Positions 1 through 10,304 are shown, counted from the stretch's first letter. The stretch: DNA of 64,000 nucleotides from Bdellovibrionota bacterium (GCA_965207455.1 CBDBMJ010000003.1:288001-352000); one strand, 5' to 3'. A program made the numbers and translations. Notes: generated by a model from the letters alone, not told the origin.

Positions 1-1239
1 CAAATATACGCTAATGTCCTTAGATGGTATCTGCCTATCTATCTTCCAAAACTCCTCGTCATCTCCAGTCGTGAGCAAGAGCCTAGAGAATACACCTGTA
101 AGCAATAACGATTGGAGGCACAGGAGAATAAACAGAGCCAAGTCCACTGACCCTATCCTATTGAAAAACAAAAATAATGCTGAACCCGGAAATCCTACAA
201 TAATTAAATGGGCAATGCTGGCCACAAGTAGTGGGATTTTCCTCTGAGCACCTCGCAGCTTCACATTAGATAAAGTTAAACAGATACATTGCAGGGATAG
301 TAAAACAAGACAAATAGCGAAAGCTATATTAATGGCATTATCAGGTGAAAAATGGATTAAAAAAATAAGATTTAAGGACAGGACGGACAGAATATAATTT
401 TTAATGGAATGGGTTCCTTTACTAGCTAGGAGCGCACGCACAGCACAGAAGATAGAAAATATAGCTAGTAGATAACTATACACACCCAGATAAATATCAT
501 CCAGACCTGTGCCAATGGCTTTCCTCTGTAAAGCAAAACAAGCTAAAAACAGGAGAACTTGGGGAAGATGATCAAACCAAGAAATATATTTCGAGCGAAA
601 GGAAATTACTGTAATAATGTATAGTAATAATCCTCCGTTCATAAAATTCCAGATGGAAAATATCTCTTCAAAGGAAAGTATAAAAACTAAAAAAATAACT
701 AAAAAAACAAATATTTTTTGCTTGAAGAAATCAAGCATCTCCACCCCATGAGACATTTTTCCCTCAGCTCTCATACCAAGAAAATAAGCTAGAAATATTA
801 GCAACTCCACGAATACTAAAACAGGCACCATCGTTGTGATAAGAATGGATAGGTTACTAAAAATAAATAAACATAATAATACGGGAAACCGAGATACTCT
901 GTTTTTCTCTTTATAAAAATCAGGGAATGCCAATGTGCCAAAAAATAAAAGGAGAGAACTTCCTAAAATCCAACACACACTTTCCTCATTCAGTAAAAAC
1001 TGGAGTTCAAATTGCGAAGGAATTTTCAAAAAATTCAAGGAAAGGGCGAGGGGAGAAAAAAAAGAATCCACCCCCATCAAGGCAATGGCACTGACTAGAA
1101 TAGGTATAAGAAAAACCATCAAGGAAAGGTAGTAAGAACTAAGCCATGACGCTCTGTTGGGAAAGAAAACCATAGTAATTCCATAGATCGCCGGTACGAT
1201 AATGGACGCGCCAAAGATAAAATAATGAATTAGACTCAT
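1..1239 (-). CDS. Diverged NuoL/NuoM-like antiporter-type membrane subunit; runs off the window edge and is absent from the ORF track
   Basis: Manual translation from ATG at 1239 (MSLIHYFIFG...) is open to base 1 and very hydrophobic; 'FVELLIFLAYFLG' resembles the TM5 Glu motif and 'LIIVGFPGS' the L.G.P motif of NuoL/M/N; lies directly after nuoK. Confidence 0.65.
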   Translation of the reverse strand, partial: MSLIHYFIFGASIIVPAIYGITMVFFPNRASWLSSYYLSLMVFLIPILVSAIALMGVDSFFSPLALSLNFLKIPSQFELQFLLNEESVCWILGSSLLLFFGTLAFPDFYKEKNRVSRFPVLLCLFIFSNLSILITTMVPVLVFVELLIFLAYFLGMRAEGKMSHGVEMLDFFKQKIFVFLVIFLVFILSFEEIFSIWNFMNGGLLLYIITVISFRSKYISWFDHLPQVLLFLACFALQRKAIGTGLDDIYLGVYSYLLAIFSIFCAVRALLASKGTHSIKNYILSVLSLNLIFLIHFSPDNAINIAFAICLVLLSLQCICLTLSNVKLRGAQRKIPLLVASIAHLIIVGFPGSALFLFFNRIGSVDLALFILLCLQSLLLTGVFSRLLLTTGDDEEFWKIDRQIPSKDISVYL

Positions 1240-1256
1240 ACTCCTAGCACCTCAGA

Positions 1257-1559
1257 CTATCCCTCTTTTCCATGATCTGTTTCTCTATCTCTTGTCATCA
1301 AAGACAGACTTGCTATAAAAAATAAAATACAGAAAAAGATACCCACAAAAACTAAAATGGAAAGCATTTTAATTTTTTCTGGAAACATGGTTAACCATAT
1401 GATAGCTGCGTATGCGCAGGCTTTGAGAGAAATAATTTGACCCAGAACGATAGAAATAAATGCCTGCCTTGCCATCATCATTCCCAGACCAATGCAAAAA
1501 ATTCCCGCTGCAATGATAAGATGAATTTTCAAAAATAATAGATCCATACCACCTATCAA
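1257..1559 (-). CDS. nuoK: NuoK-like subunit (diverged)
   Basis: 100 aa, three hydrophobic segments, 'AGIFCIGLGMMMARQ' similar to NuoK TM1; operon position after nuoJ. Confidence 0.6.
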   Translation of the reverse strand: MIGGMDLLFLKIHLIIAAGIFCIGLGMMMARQAFISIVLGQIISLKACAYAAIIWLTMFPEKIKMLSILVFVGIFFCILFFIASLSLMTRDRETDHGKEG

Positions 1560-2047
1560 TCTTTAGAGCCAACAGTGGCAAGCGCGCCTATGGAAGCCGG
1601 TGCAACAATGAACATACAGAGAAGAATAAATTTCCAGTTTTCTCCCAAAAAAGAATTTTCCGAATATGCCAAAACACTTCCAGATGCCGTATCTATTTCA
1701 GGAATACTCATTCCATTCCAAGCACCCCATACCACTAAACACCCGATAAAAGAAACAAAGCACATCATGACTACTAGATAGAATCGCTCCCAACCTTCGA
1801 TTTTTATCTTATTTTCTGGCAGCAAATTTGTGGAGAATATAAAGAATAATAAAATCAAATCTAAGATTAAAAAAATTGGTGTTACCCAGAGCAGGATACT
1901 TACTTTTAATAAAAAATAAGCTAGCAATGATATATTGCATGTTAGGATAGCAGAAGAGATAAGTACTGCAGATTTAGATGGTGAAAATGCCATTGCTAGA
2001 GCAACCACAATCGCCACAACACCAAATAGTATGAGAATAACCTGCAT
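1556..2047 (-). CDS. nuoJ: NuoJ-like subunit (diverged)
   Basis: 163 aa, about five hydrophobic segments, C-terminal 'IGALATVG'; between nuoI and nuoK. Confidence 0.6.
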   Translation of the reverse strand: MQVILILFGVVAIVVALAMAFSPSKSAVLISSAILTCNISLLAYFLLKVSILLWVTPIFLILDLILLFFIFSTNLLPENKIKIEGWERFYLVVMMCFVSFIGCLVVWGAWNGMSIPEIDTASGSVLAYSENSFLGENWKFILLCMFIVAPASIGALATVGSKD

Positions 2048-2052
2048 TTTCC

Positions 2053-2544
2053 CTATCTCCTTATCTCGTAATAACGAATCAATTGTTTTTTCTTCTTTTG
2101 ATAGGACTTATCTGTAACCATTCCTGAAAAATTAAAAACAAGACCAGAGCGATAAAAAGCGCCTATTTCATAATCATTAGTATGAACGATACTTTTCACA
2201 GGGCATATATCCACGCAAATGGAGCAAAAAACGCATTTTCCAAAATCTATCCAAAAATCATTTACTTTCATAGAGCCGTCCATCTTAATTCCAGAATCCA
2301 TGCCAATGGCTTGCGACGGACATGCCTGTACGCATTCATTGCAACCAGTACATACCTGAAGATCATTTTGTAATAGCCCCCTTGCCCTAGAGTTCGGGCC
2401 CTTAAACATTTGCAAGGAGGAAACTTCTGGGTAGGCTTCTGTGAAGCGCTGGAATTTTGCCTTCCTAGAAAAAGTGTATGGCAATAATGACAAAACAGCA
2501 GTCCATATTTCTCTTATCTTATAGATTATATTAGATTTCTCCAT
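2053..2544 (-). CDS. nuoI: NuoI-like 2x[4Fe-4S] subunit
   Basis: CTGCNECVQACP and CVFCSICVDICP, 'YPE', 'IDFGKC'; ATG at 2544 preceded by GAGGAGG. Confidence 0.85.
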   Translation of the reverse strand: MEKSNIIYKIREIWTAVLSLLPYTFSRKAKFQRFTEAYPEVSSLQMFKGPNSRARGLLQNDLQVCTGCNECVQACPSQAIGMDSGIKMDGSMKVNDFWIDFGKCVFCSICVDICPVKSIVHTNDYEIGAFYRSGLVFNFSGMVTDKSYQKKKKQLIRYYEIRR

Positions 2545-2551
2545 ATCCTCC

Positions 2552-3439
2552 TCAAGCACCCAAGTAAAAAACAAGCCAAAAAAGTTCTCCCACAAAAGCT
2601 AAAAAAATAGCTGGCAAAATTTTCTTAAATCCAAACTCCCATGCATCTTTTGTTCTCATAAAGGGAAAGGAATTTTGTATCCACAGGAACGCAAACAATG
2701 TACTCACTAAAACCAGGAAGAAAACGGAAAGTCCCTTTATGGTATATATGGGGAAAATAATATTAATATGTAAAATGACAAGCAGGGCAGCAAGATTAAT
2801 TATCCACAGGATAGTGGATAGATGATAAATCCCATCCCACATCCCATTAAATTTCCTTCCGCTGCCATCGATGAACGGGGAAGAGGGAACAATAAAAAAT
2901 AAAGAAAGAAACCCACATAGAAAAGACAAAACGCTAAACGGACTAAAAATTACTTCATTGCTTTTATTATTCAAGTACAGCAAGGCCGGAAGCGTGGAAG
3001 GAATATACAAAGCTATACCAAATACACGAGATAAACCCAATCGTTGTGAGAAAATAAAAACATCTTTATTTTTAAAATAAAACAAAAACAAACTATCTAT
3101 CATAATTGCAAAAAGTAAAATAGAATACAAAGATAGGACTTTCTCATAGAGCAGGCGAGCTTCCTGCGTAAAGGAAAATAAGATAAAGCAGAATAAATAG
3201 GGCAGTGCAAGCCCCAGGAAAATGGCAAAAATAAAGAAAATACTTTCTTTTCCTCTCGTCTCTGCTCGTCTTTTGCTCATTTGTTTTATAAAATCTAGCA
3301 ATACTTGATAAGTGCCTCCAAAACCCGATCTACTAATTCCAATTCTCTGCTGCGTTTTTGCTGCCAGACCTCGCTCCATGGATAAATACAAATAGGCTGC
3401 CATATTGAGTGCTAAAAATAAAAAGAAAATAAAACTCAT
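2552..3439 (-). CDS. nuoH: NuoH-like membrane subunit (diverged)
   Basis: 'ERGLAAKTQQRIG' and 'QVLLDFIKQMSK' match NuoH N-terminal motifs; C-terminal 'WIQNSFPFMR...GFKKILP'. Confidence 0.75.
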   Translation of the reverse strand: MSFIFFLFLALNMAAYLYLSMERGLAAKTQQRIGISRSGFGGTYQVLLDFIKQMSKRRAETRGKESIFFIFAIFLGLALPYLFCFILFSFTQEARLLYEKVLSLYSILLFAIMIDSLFLFYFKNKDVFIFSQRLGLSRVFGIALYIPSTLPALLYLNNKSNEVIFSPFSVLSFLCGFLSLFFIVPSSPFIDGSGRKFNGMWDGIYHLSTILWIINLAALLVILHINIIFPIYTIKGLSVFFLVLVSTLFAFLWIQNSFPFMRTKDAWEFGFKKILPAIFLAFVGELFWLVFYLGA

Positions 3440-3441
3440 TA

Positions 3442-4536
3442 CTACCGCTCCACCTCAGACATGGAAATATCAAAATTATGAATAATTAGAGGAGCATCTT
3501 CCAGCGCTTCCTTTAATAACACTTGAGGCAAAAACTTCAGCATAAAAAAAGAAGGTGTAGAAAATTTCACACGAGCTGGCTTACTGGACCCATCACTAGA
3601 AACAAATACACCCAAAGCTCCTCTGGCACTCTCCACCTCTGCATAAGCACCCCCACGAGGAGGGCAAAAATCCATGCCAATGGAAACGAAAAAATTCCCT
3701 GGCGGTATTCGACTAGCCCCTTGCCGGATGATGGCTATGCTCTGCTGGATTTCCCGAAACCTATAGAGAAAGCGATCAAAACAATCCCCATCCTGTTTCT
3801 TAGTCCAGTGGATGGGCACAAAAAGATCGGAGTACGCTGCGTAGGTTTTTGCCTTTCTAATGTCTAACTCTCCTCCTGAGCATCGAGCGTTTGCGCCGGT
3901 AATACCATGTTCTTTTACTTTCTCTGGAGACAAAATAGCTAAACCGGTTAATCTCTCATAAAAAATAGGATTTTTTACTAAAATATTATCTAATTCTAAT
4001 AGAAAAGACTCCGTATCACACAAGGTCTTTTCTATTCTATGTAAAAGACCTTCACTCATATTATTCCTAACTCCACCAATACAAATGGAGCCAAATGGAA
4101 TTCTAGAACCACAATACATCTCAAATATATCTAAATACTTCTCTCTTTCTCTTAAGCTAAAATGATGTATGTTTTTTGAACCAACACAGAGAGAGACCTG
4201 AGAAATATAGTTCAAGTGACTAACAATCCTGCTCAATTCCAATAATATAACTCGAATAAAATCTGCCTTCAACGGCACTCGTATGCCTCCCAGCTTCTCC
4301 ACAGCTAGAGCAAAAGCAAGATTGCAGGCTGGAGCAGATAAATAATCCACTTTATCAGAATAAACAAGGCCCACCATATAGGGCACTTTTTCAAAGCACT
4401 GTTCGATTCCTCGATGACAATACCCCAGATCAATCTCGGCACTTTGGATCAACTGCCCATTCACCTGTGTTTTTAGCACAAATGGTCCAACTGTACTGGA
4501 ACTCTGTTTTATTCCTGGTATGATATTTATTTCCAC
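3442..4536 (-). CDS. nuoD: NuoD-like subunit
   Basis: 'GYCHRGIE', 'DYLS', 'ELSRIVSHL', 'VESARG', C-terminal 'DISMSEVER'; no CxxC NiFe motifs. Confidence 0.85.
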   Translation of the reverse strand: MEINIIPGIKQSSSTVGPFVLKTQVNGQLIQSAEIDLGYCHRGIEQCFEKVPYMVGLVYSDKVDYLSAPACNLAFALAVEKLGGIRVPLKADFIRVILLELSRIVSHLNYISQVSLCVGSKNIHHFSLREREKYLDIFEMYCGSRIPFGSICIGGVRNNMSEGLLHRIEKTLCDTESFLLELDNILVKNPIFYERLTGLAILSPEKVKEHGITGANARCSGGELDIRKAKTYAAYSDLFVPIHWTKKQDGDCFDRFLYRFREIQQSIAIIRQGASRIPPGNFFVSIGMDFCPPRGGAYAEVESARGALGVFVSSDGSSKPARVKFSTPSFFMLKFLPQVLLKEALEDAPLIIHNFDISMSEVER

Positions 4537-4538
4537 AA

Positions 4539-4943
4539 CTAAGGCAAGTCCTCTCTCAATAAAAACGGCTGAGGATGGAGCATATCTTTAAATTTCACCT
4601 TAAACATTTCCCGTATCTCCCGTTCAAACCAATTTGCAATCGGCCACACTTTCTCCACGCTGGAAATAGATTTTGTGTTTGGAACACTAGTACATACACT
4701 TAAATAATTATCCCAAAGGGAGGAACTCAACCCTGTAATTATTAAAGTTTTGGAGTCACTTTCCTTCATCGCTGTCAAAAAACACAAACGATGAAATAGA
4801 AGCTTTTCTTCTTTATATAAGAGCTCCAATGATTGCACCCAATCCTTATCATCCACATCTATGATTATATGCTGATTCTCTTCACGAATATTCCAAGCAC
4901 TGTTTGCTTGCTGGAGTTCTTTAATTAGATCTGCTTGCTTCAT
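4539..4943 (-). CDS. nuoC: NuoC-like subunit
   Basis: 'WPIANWFEREIREMFKVKF' NuoC signature. Confidence 0.8.
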   Translation of the reverse strand: MKQADLIKELQQANSAWNIREENQHIIIDVDDKDWVQSLELLYKEEKLLFHRLCFLTAMKESDSKTLIITGLSSSLWDNYLSVCTSVPNTKSISSVEKVWPIANWFEREIREMFKVKFKDMLHPQPFLLREDLP

Positions 4944-5397
4944 CTAGCTTACGCCCCATAAAAATTTTCTTTTGTAATGCGTGTATCCCGTGGATTAGGG
5001 CTTCTGGCTTCGGTGGACACCCAGGAATATAAACATCCACGGGCAAAATAAGATCCACCCCGTTTATTACTGTGTCGCTATGAACAGAAAAAATTCCTCC
5101 TGTATTAGCACAGCTTCCCATGGAAATTACATATTTAGGTTCCAACATTCCATGGTATAGTTCTTGGACTTTTCTCGAAATAGCTTTAGTAATAGGGCCA
5201 GCCACAATTAAAAGATCCGCGTTTCTATAATCATCTTGTGGCAAAAGGCCAAATCGCTCCAAATCATAACGAGGTCCTGTGCTTGCTGTAAACTCCAAGG
5301 CGCAACAAGATAAACTGAGAGGAAAGGCCCAGAGAGACCGGCCATGCACTTTTGAAAAAATCTTTGATGTATTAGAAAGAAAAAGATCCGTTTTCAT
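4921..5397 (-). CDS. nuoB: NuoB subunit (N2 cluster)
   Basis: 'SCCALE', 'RYDLERFG', 'MGSCANTGG', 'IPGCPP'; ATG at 5397 overlaps the nuoA stop (ATGA). Confidence 0.9.
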   Translation of the reverse strand: MKTDLFLSNTSKIFSKVHGRSLWAFPLSLSCCALEFTASTGPRYDLERFGLLPQDDYRNADLLIVAGPITKAISRKVQELYHGMLEPKYVISMGSCANTGGIFSVHSDTVINGVDLILPVDVYIPGCPPKPEALIHGIHALQKKIFMGRKLDEASRSN

Positions 5398-5771
5398 TTT
5401 TGCAACCAATGAATACTCATGATCCAGTTCAAAAATTTTCTCCTAGATCCATAAGCAAAAATCAAACCCAAGAGAACTGGCCCCAATACTATTTTTATTA
5501 ATGTCAAAGTGGAATCTTCAACTCTTAGTGATAAATAATTCTGAAAGCTTAGGGCCATGGGAACGATAAAAATAAGACATGCCCAGGTGATTAAAACATA
5601 GATAAGAAAATAAATATCCTGCGGAGCTTCTCCATGGTTTCGAGCCTTCTGGAAGCGAGGTGAACGATAAAAATAGCCTAAGGGGCTGGAAAGGGAATAG
5701 GTGGCAACGGCTACGATCAAAAGAACGAATAACGCAAATAGTAAAAAACCAGAATCTATGAAAACTTGCAT
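5394..5771 (-). CDS. nuoA: NuoA-like three-TM subunit (diverged); start uncertain (frame open to 5876)
   Basis: Three hydrophobic segments, C-terminal 'YGSRRKFLNW' similar to NuoA 'Y.WRKGAL.W'; first gene of the operon. Confidence 0.55.
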   Translation of the reverse strand: MQVFIDSGFLLFALFVLLIVAVATYSLSSPLGYFYRSPRFQKARNHGEAPQDIYFLIYVLITWACLIFIVPMALSFQNYLSLRVEDSTLTLIKIVLGPVLLGLIFAYGSRRKFLNWIMSIHWLQK

Positions 5772-5901
5772 ACTTACAGCGTATGCAGGTTGTGCTATAG
5801 AGTCAACCGCCAGCAAGAGCTCACCTTGTTTCTTTCCCACAAATATCCTATATGTGAAAGAGGAAGAACAAAGCATAGCTTGAGATTACGCGGAGCATTG
5901 A

Positions 5902-8900
5902 ATGGACTTTTTTTTACCCAGTTTTACTAACAGCCATCAATGGATCAAAAGCAAGCAAACAATTATTATTTCTGGCCTATATGGATCTAGCCAAGCCCTC
6001 GTTTTAGCCCAACTTTTAGCAAAGGAAAAAAGGAATTATTTAATTGTTTGCGATAAATCTAGTACTGCCCATACTTTGGTTCAAGAACTCCACACCTGTT
6101 TAACTTTTTTTCCAAACACTGTCCAAGTTTTATTATTTCCTAGCTGGGAAATTTCTCCCTATAGCAAACTTGCACCCAATCCCACCAATCGCTTGCAACG
6201 TTTGCGTTGCTTAAATGCTTTACACTCTTCCAGCAAAAAGTCCGTAGCTGTGATTGCTCCCATTCAAGCCATTACTCAACCCACACTTAGTCCTACGAGT
6301 TATAAGAAAAGAATTATTCCCTTACAGCCGGGAAGCGTGTACGAAATTCCATCTCTTGAGGAAAAACTTCAAGCCCTAGGCTATACCCAAGCGGATCTAG
6401 TAGAGGATCCGGGCACCTATGCAATACGAGGTGGAATTATGGACATCTATTCCTGCGTGGAACCCTACCCCATTCGACTAGATTTTATGGACAATGAAAT
6501 AGAGAGTATTCGCCTCTTTAATCCCATAAGCCAACGAAGTCAGGAAAAATCTTTCTTGAACATTGCTCATATTGGACCCACCAGAGAAATAGAATTATTC
6601 CCAGAAGAAGTGGAAACAGCAAGATCAAAAATACGAGCTTGGTGCGATCAAAACCATATATCCAGAGCCAATCGGGAACGACTCAATAATCAACTTAAAG
6701 AAAATATTATAACCCCAGAAATGGATTTCCTCATCCCGTTCTTTAGTAAAACTCCGGGCTATCTATGGGAATACTTTTCCAGCGACTCTTTGTGGACCTG
6801 GGTATCTGCCGACGATGTAAGAGTGCGCTTGCTGGAAAGACAGGAGAAATTAAAACTGGAATATGAGATGGCACTTACAGAACAGTCAATTATAGCGCCC
6901 AATGAAGAAATTTCCCTAGATTATGCTTCTCTTGTGGAAGCCAGTAAAAAATTTCAAAATCTCCGCCTAGAACCTCTAGACATACGAAGTAAAGAAGAAG
7001 CACAAAGAATCCATTTGAAAATCACACCTAATAATAAGGTACGTGGAATAACAAAAAGAAATAAAACGGAGAGTGCAGATTTCGACAAAGTAACAGAATA
7101 TATAGAGGAGTTGCTAGAGCTAAACTATAGCATCTTTTTTATGGCAAACTCAAAATCCCAATTGGATAGACTTTCCTTCCTTTTAGCGCAAAAGGGCATA
7201 CCAAACAAACAACTAAGCCCCAAAGAAATGCCTCAGAAAAAAATGCTAACCATGGTTTTGGGTACCTTAGAATCTGGATTCCAAATGGATGTAGACAGGG
7301 TGGTGTGCCTCACTGAGGATGAAATTTTTGGAGCAAAAAAACATTCGGAAAAACAGCGCACTCGCCCGAAAGATTTCTTCTCCAAGCACCTTGCCAAAAC
7401 GAGCTTAGATAATTTATTTAAAGATGACTTTCTAGTTCACATAGAACACGGCATCGGCAAATACAAAGGACTCATTAAATTAATTACTAGCGGCATTCCA
7501 GGAGACTATGTCCATATAGAATATGCCGGAAAAGACAGGCTCTATCTCCCCATATATAGATTAGAACAAATACAAAAATATATCGGGCCTGCGGATTCTC
7601 GCCCACCAGTAAATAAATTAGGCTCCCAGCATTTTGTGAAAGCAAAAAGTAAAGCAAAGGCAGCAGTAAAAGATATTGCAGCCTCTTTATTAAAACTCTA
7701 TGCCCAACGAGCTTCCGTATCCGGATATGCCTTCCCTGAACCGGACGATGAATACAAAAAATTTGAAGCCTGTTTCCCCTACGATGAAACCCCAGATCAA
7801 CTGCAAGCAATTGAAGAAACAATTAAAGATATGTGCACACCTAAACCCATGGATCGATTAATCTGTGGAGACGTGGGCTATGGGAAGACAGAAGTGGCAA
7901 TGCGAGCTGCTTTTTTAGCTGCCTATTCAGGAAAACAAGTGGTCATTCTAGTTCCAACCACTATTTTAGCTGAGCAACACCTGTATAATTTCAAAATAAG
8001 ATTCCAATCAATCCCCTTTGTTATAGAATCTCTTTCTCGATTTAAAAAACAAAAGGAACAAAAAGTAATTCTAGAGCAACTAAAAAATAAAAAAATAGAT
8101 ATTATAATTGGCACCCATCGCCTACTTTCAAAAGATGTTGCCTTCAAAGATTTAGGTCTACTGGTTATTGATGAAGAACAACGTTTTGGTGTGGAAAATA
8201 AAGAAAGACTCAAAAAATTTCGCCTCTCTGCTGATGTGCTAACTCTCACAGCAACACCCATACCCAGAACCCTACACCTTTCACTGGTTGGTATGCGAGA
8301 TATTAGTATTATCCACACCCCACCCGCAGAACGTCAATCCATCCGAACTTACCTTGCTGAGTTTGATAAAGAAATAATTAAAAAAGCCATTATTTTCGAG
8401 TTGAGCCGAGGAGGGCAAGTTTTCTTTATTCACAACAGAATACAATCCATGCCCATCATTCTAAATGCATTAAAAGAAATATTGCCAAAAATTAAGATAG
8501 CTGTAGCTAACGGAACTTTGCCTGAAACTCAACTAGAAAAAATAATGACCGGCTTTTATAAAAAAGAATTCGACGTACTCCTATCCACCGCTATTGTCGA
8601 AAATGGACTCGATATACCCAATGCTAATACCATTATTGTGAATCGAGCTGATGCTTTTGGCTTGTCACAGCTCTACCAAATCCGAGGACGAGTGGGTCGG
8701 TCGAAAAATCGAGCCTATGCCTACCTATTAACCCCTAAAGATATTACTCCTAGTGCAAGAAATAGGTTGCAAACTCTCCAACAACATACTGCTTTAGGTA
8801 GCAGCTTTTCCATTTCCTCCCGAGATTTAGAGCTTCGAGGTTCTGGGGATATTGTTGGCGGGGCTCAGTCGGGCCATGTAACCTCTATCGGTTACGATAT

Positions 8901-9405
8901 GTATATTGAACTTTTAAACGACGAAATTAGCTCTCTCAAGGGAGAGGAAAAGGAGTCCAAAGAAAACATTGAGATCAACTCATCTTTTCCTGCTTATTTT
9001 CCTGAAGAATACATCTCAAGCCCATCTTTACGACTCTCCACTTATAAACAACTCTCCAGCCTGAACCGATTAGAGGAAATAGAAGAAGGTAAGAAAGAAC
9101 TGGAAGATCGCTACGGAACTCTTCCCCAAACGGCACTGGGCTTGCTATGGTTATTAAAAACAAAAATAATATTGCAAAACGCTGGATTTCAAGGTCTGAA
9201 TATCGGCAAAGAGGTACTTACACTGAAAGCAGGTAAAGAACCCAAGATAGATACCCATAAGCTATTAGATCTCATCGCAAGGAGGCCCAAGGAGTTTAAT
9301 CTACAGTCCGAATCTAAATTGATCATTCGAAAAAAGACAGAAGATTTGGAATCTGGCTTCAACACAGTGCAGCACCTCTTGCATACCATCGCCATAAACC
9401 CTTGA
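5902..9405 (+). CDS. mfd: Transcription-repair coupling factor
   Basis: UvrB-like N-terminus, RID 'HIEHGIGKY', 'CGDVGYGKT', 'DEEQRFG', 'QIRGRVGRS', TRG 'DLELRGSG'. Confidence 0.97.
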   Translation: MDFFLPSFTNSHQWIKSKQTIIISGLYGSSQALVLAQLLAKEKRNYLIVCDKSSTAHTLVQELHTCLTFFPNTVQVLLFPSWEISPYSKLAPNPTNRLQRLRCLNALHSSSKKSVAVIAPIQAITQPTLSPTSYKKRIIPLQPGSVYEIPSLEEKLQALGYTQADLVEDPGTYAIRGGIMDIYSCVEPYPIRLDFMDNEIESIRLFNPISQRSQEKSFLNIAHIGPTREIELFPEEVETARSKIRAWCDQNHISRANRERLNNQLKENIITPEMDFLIPFFSKTPGYLWEYFSSDSLWTWVSADDVRVRLLERQEKLKLEYEMALTEQSIIAPNEEISLDYASLVEASKKFQNLRLEPLDIRSKEEAQRIHLKITPNNKVRGITKRNKTESADFDKVTEYIEELLELNYSIFFMANSKSQLDRLSFLLAQKGIPNKQLSPKEMPQKKMLTMVLGTLESGFQMDVDRVVCLTEDEIFGAKKHSEKQRTRPKDFFSKHLAKTSLDNLFKDDFLVHIEHGIGKYKGLIKLITSGIPGDYVHIEYAGKDRLYLPIYRLEQIQKYIGPADSRPPVNKLGSQHFVKAKSKAKAAVKDIAASLLKLYAQRASVSGYAFPEPDDEYKKFEACFPYDETPDQLQAIEETIKDMCTPKPMDRLICGDVGYGKTEVAMRAAFLAAYSGKQVVILVPTTILAEQHLYNFKIRFQSIPFVIESLSRFKKQKEQKVILEQLKNKKIDIIIGTHRLLSKDVAFKDLGLLVIDEEQRFGVENKERLKKFRLSADVLTLTATPIPRTLHLSLVGMRDISIIHTPPAERQSIRTYLAEFDKEIIKKAIIFELSRGGQVFFIHNRIQSMPIILNALKEILPKIKIAVANGTLPETQLEKIMTGFYKKEFDVLLSTAIVENGLDIPNANTIIVNRADAFGLSQLYQIRGRVGRSKNRAYAYLLTPKDITPSARNRLQTLQQHTALGSSFSISSRDLELRGSGDIVGGAQSGHVTSIGYDMYIELLNDEISSLKGEEKESKENIEINSSFPAYFPEEYISSPSLRLSTYKQLSSLNRLEEIEEGKKELEDRYGTLPQTALGLLWLLKTKIILQNAGFQGLNIGKEVLTLKAGKEPKIDTHKLLDLIARRPKEFNLQSESKLIIRKKTEDLESGFNTVQHLLHTIAINP

Positions 9406-9473
9406 CCTCAACACATTATCCAGCGACAATTAAATCAGTAGAAAACGCTATTTATTGCAAGCTAGGAGGACTC

Positions 9474-10304
9474 ATGAACTATTCACTTATTATACTATTT
9501 ATTTCCACACTCGCCATTCTCTCTCCTGTACAAGTCCAGGCAAGGATGAGTCGAAACACAGTGGCCATTATCGATGGTGCTCCCCTAAGTAAAAAGGAAT
9601 TTGATCGTCGGTATCTTGAAAATATTAAAAATTTCAAATTCGTCACACCAACGAAATCCGTTATTTTAAACGACATTGTAAATTTCGAGCTAGGCCTAAA
9701 GGAAGCCAAACGACTGGGGCTCCATAAAAGAGCTTCTGTGCAAGAGAGAATGAATTATGTGTTATACGAGTCTTTAATCAAAGAAGTGCTGGGCAAGCGA
9801 ATCAATAATATTCAAGTCTCAGACAAGGAAGTGCTCTCCTTTTGTAAAAGATTTCCAGAACTGCGCACCAGCCACATCTATATTCCCCTGACAATAACCC
9901 CTTTAAGTGTAGAAAAAAGGGAAGCCCGAAAAAAAGCCTCCCAAGCCTTACGCAATATCAAAAGCGGCATGTCTTTTAAAGACGCTGTTTCCAAATACTC
10001 CACTGGATACGCGGTTCCCGTTGGCGGAGATATCGGCTACCAAATGAAGGACAGACTGGATCCGGCTTATTATGCTGCCGCTCGAAAACTGAAGGTGGGA
10101 CAATACACGAAAAAAGCAATACGAAGCCAATTTGGTCTCCATATCATAAAACTAATAGAGAAAAAGCCTTGTAAAAGGGTAAATATGGCCGAGTGGAAGC
10201 GCATGATTTATGACGAAAAACGCTCTAAAATTCAGAGACGCTACCTAGCTAAGCTACGATCCAAGGCTAAGGTAGAAATAAATCATCAATTAGTGAAAAA
10301 ATAG
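9474..10304 (+). CDS. Parvulin-type peptidyl-prolyl isomerase / PrsA-SurA-like exported foldase
   Basis: Signal peptide, 'SHIYI', 'GGDIG', 'SQFGLHIIK'; RBS AGGAGG before ATG 9474. Confidence 0.85.
   Translation: MNYSLIILFISTLAILSPVQVQARMSRNTVAIIDGAPLSKKEFDRRYLENIKNFKFVTPTKSVILNDIVNFELGLKEAKRLGLHKRASVQERMNYVLYESLIKEVLGKRINNIQVSDKEVLSFCKRFPELRTSHIYIPLTITPLSVEKREARKKASQALRNIKSGMSFKDAVSKYSTGYAVPVGGDIGYQMKDRLDPAYYAAARKLKVGQYTKKAIRSQFGLHIIKLIEKKPCKRVNMAEWKRMIYDEKRSKIQRRYLAKLRSKAKVEINHQLVKK

Noticed and set aside
3442..5397. Group 4 [NiFe]-hydrogenase reading of the nuoB/nuoD-like genes
   Set aside because: The large subunit has neither CxxC Ni-binding motif, and the small subunit has the tandem CC of NuoB
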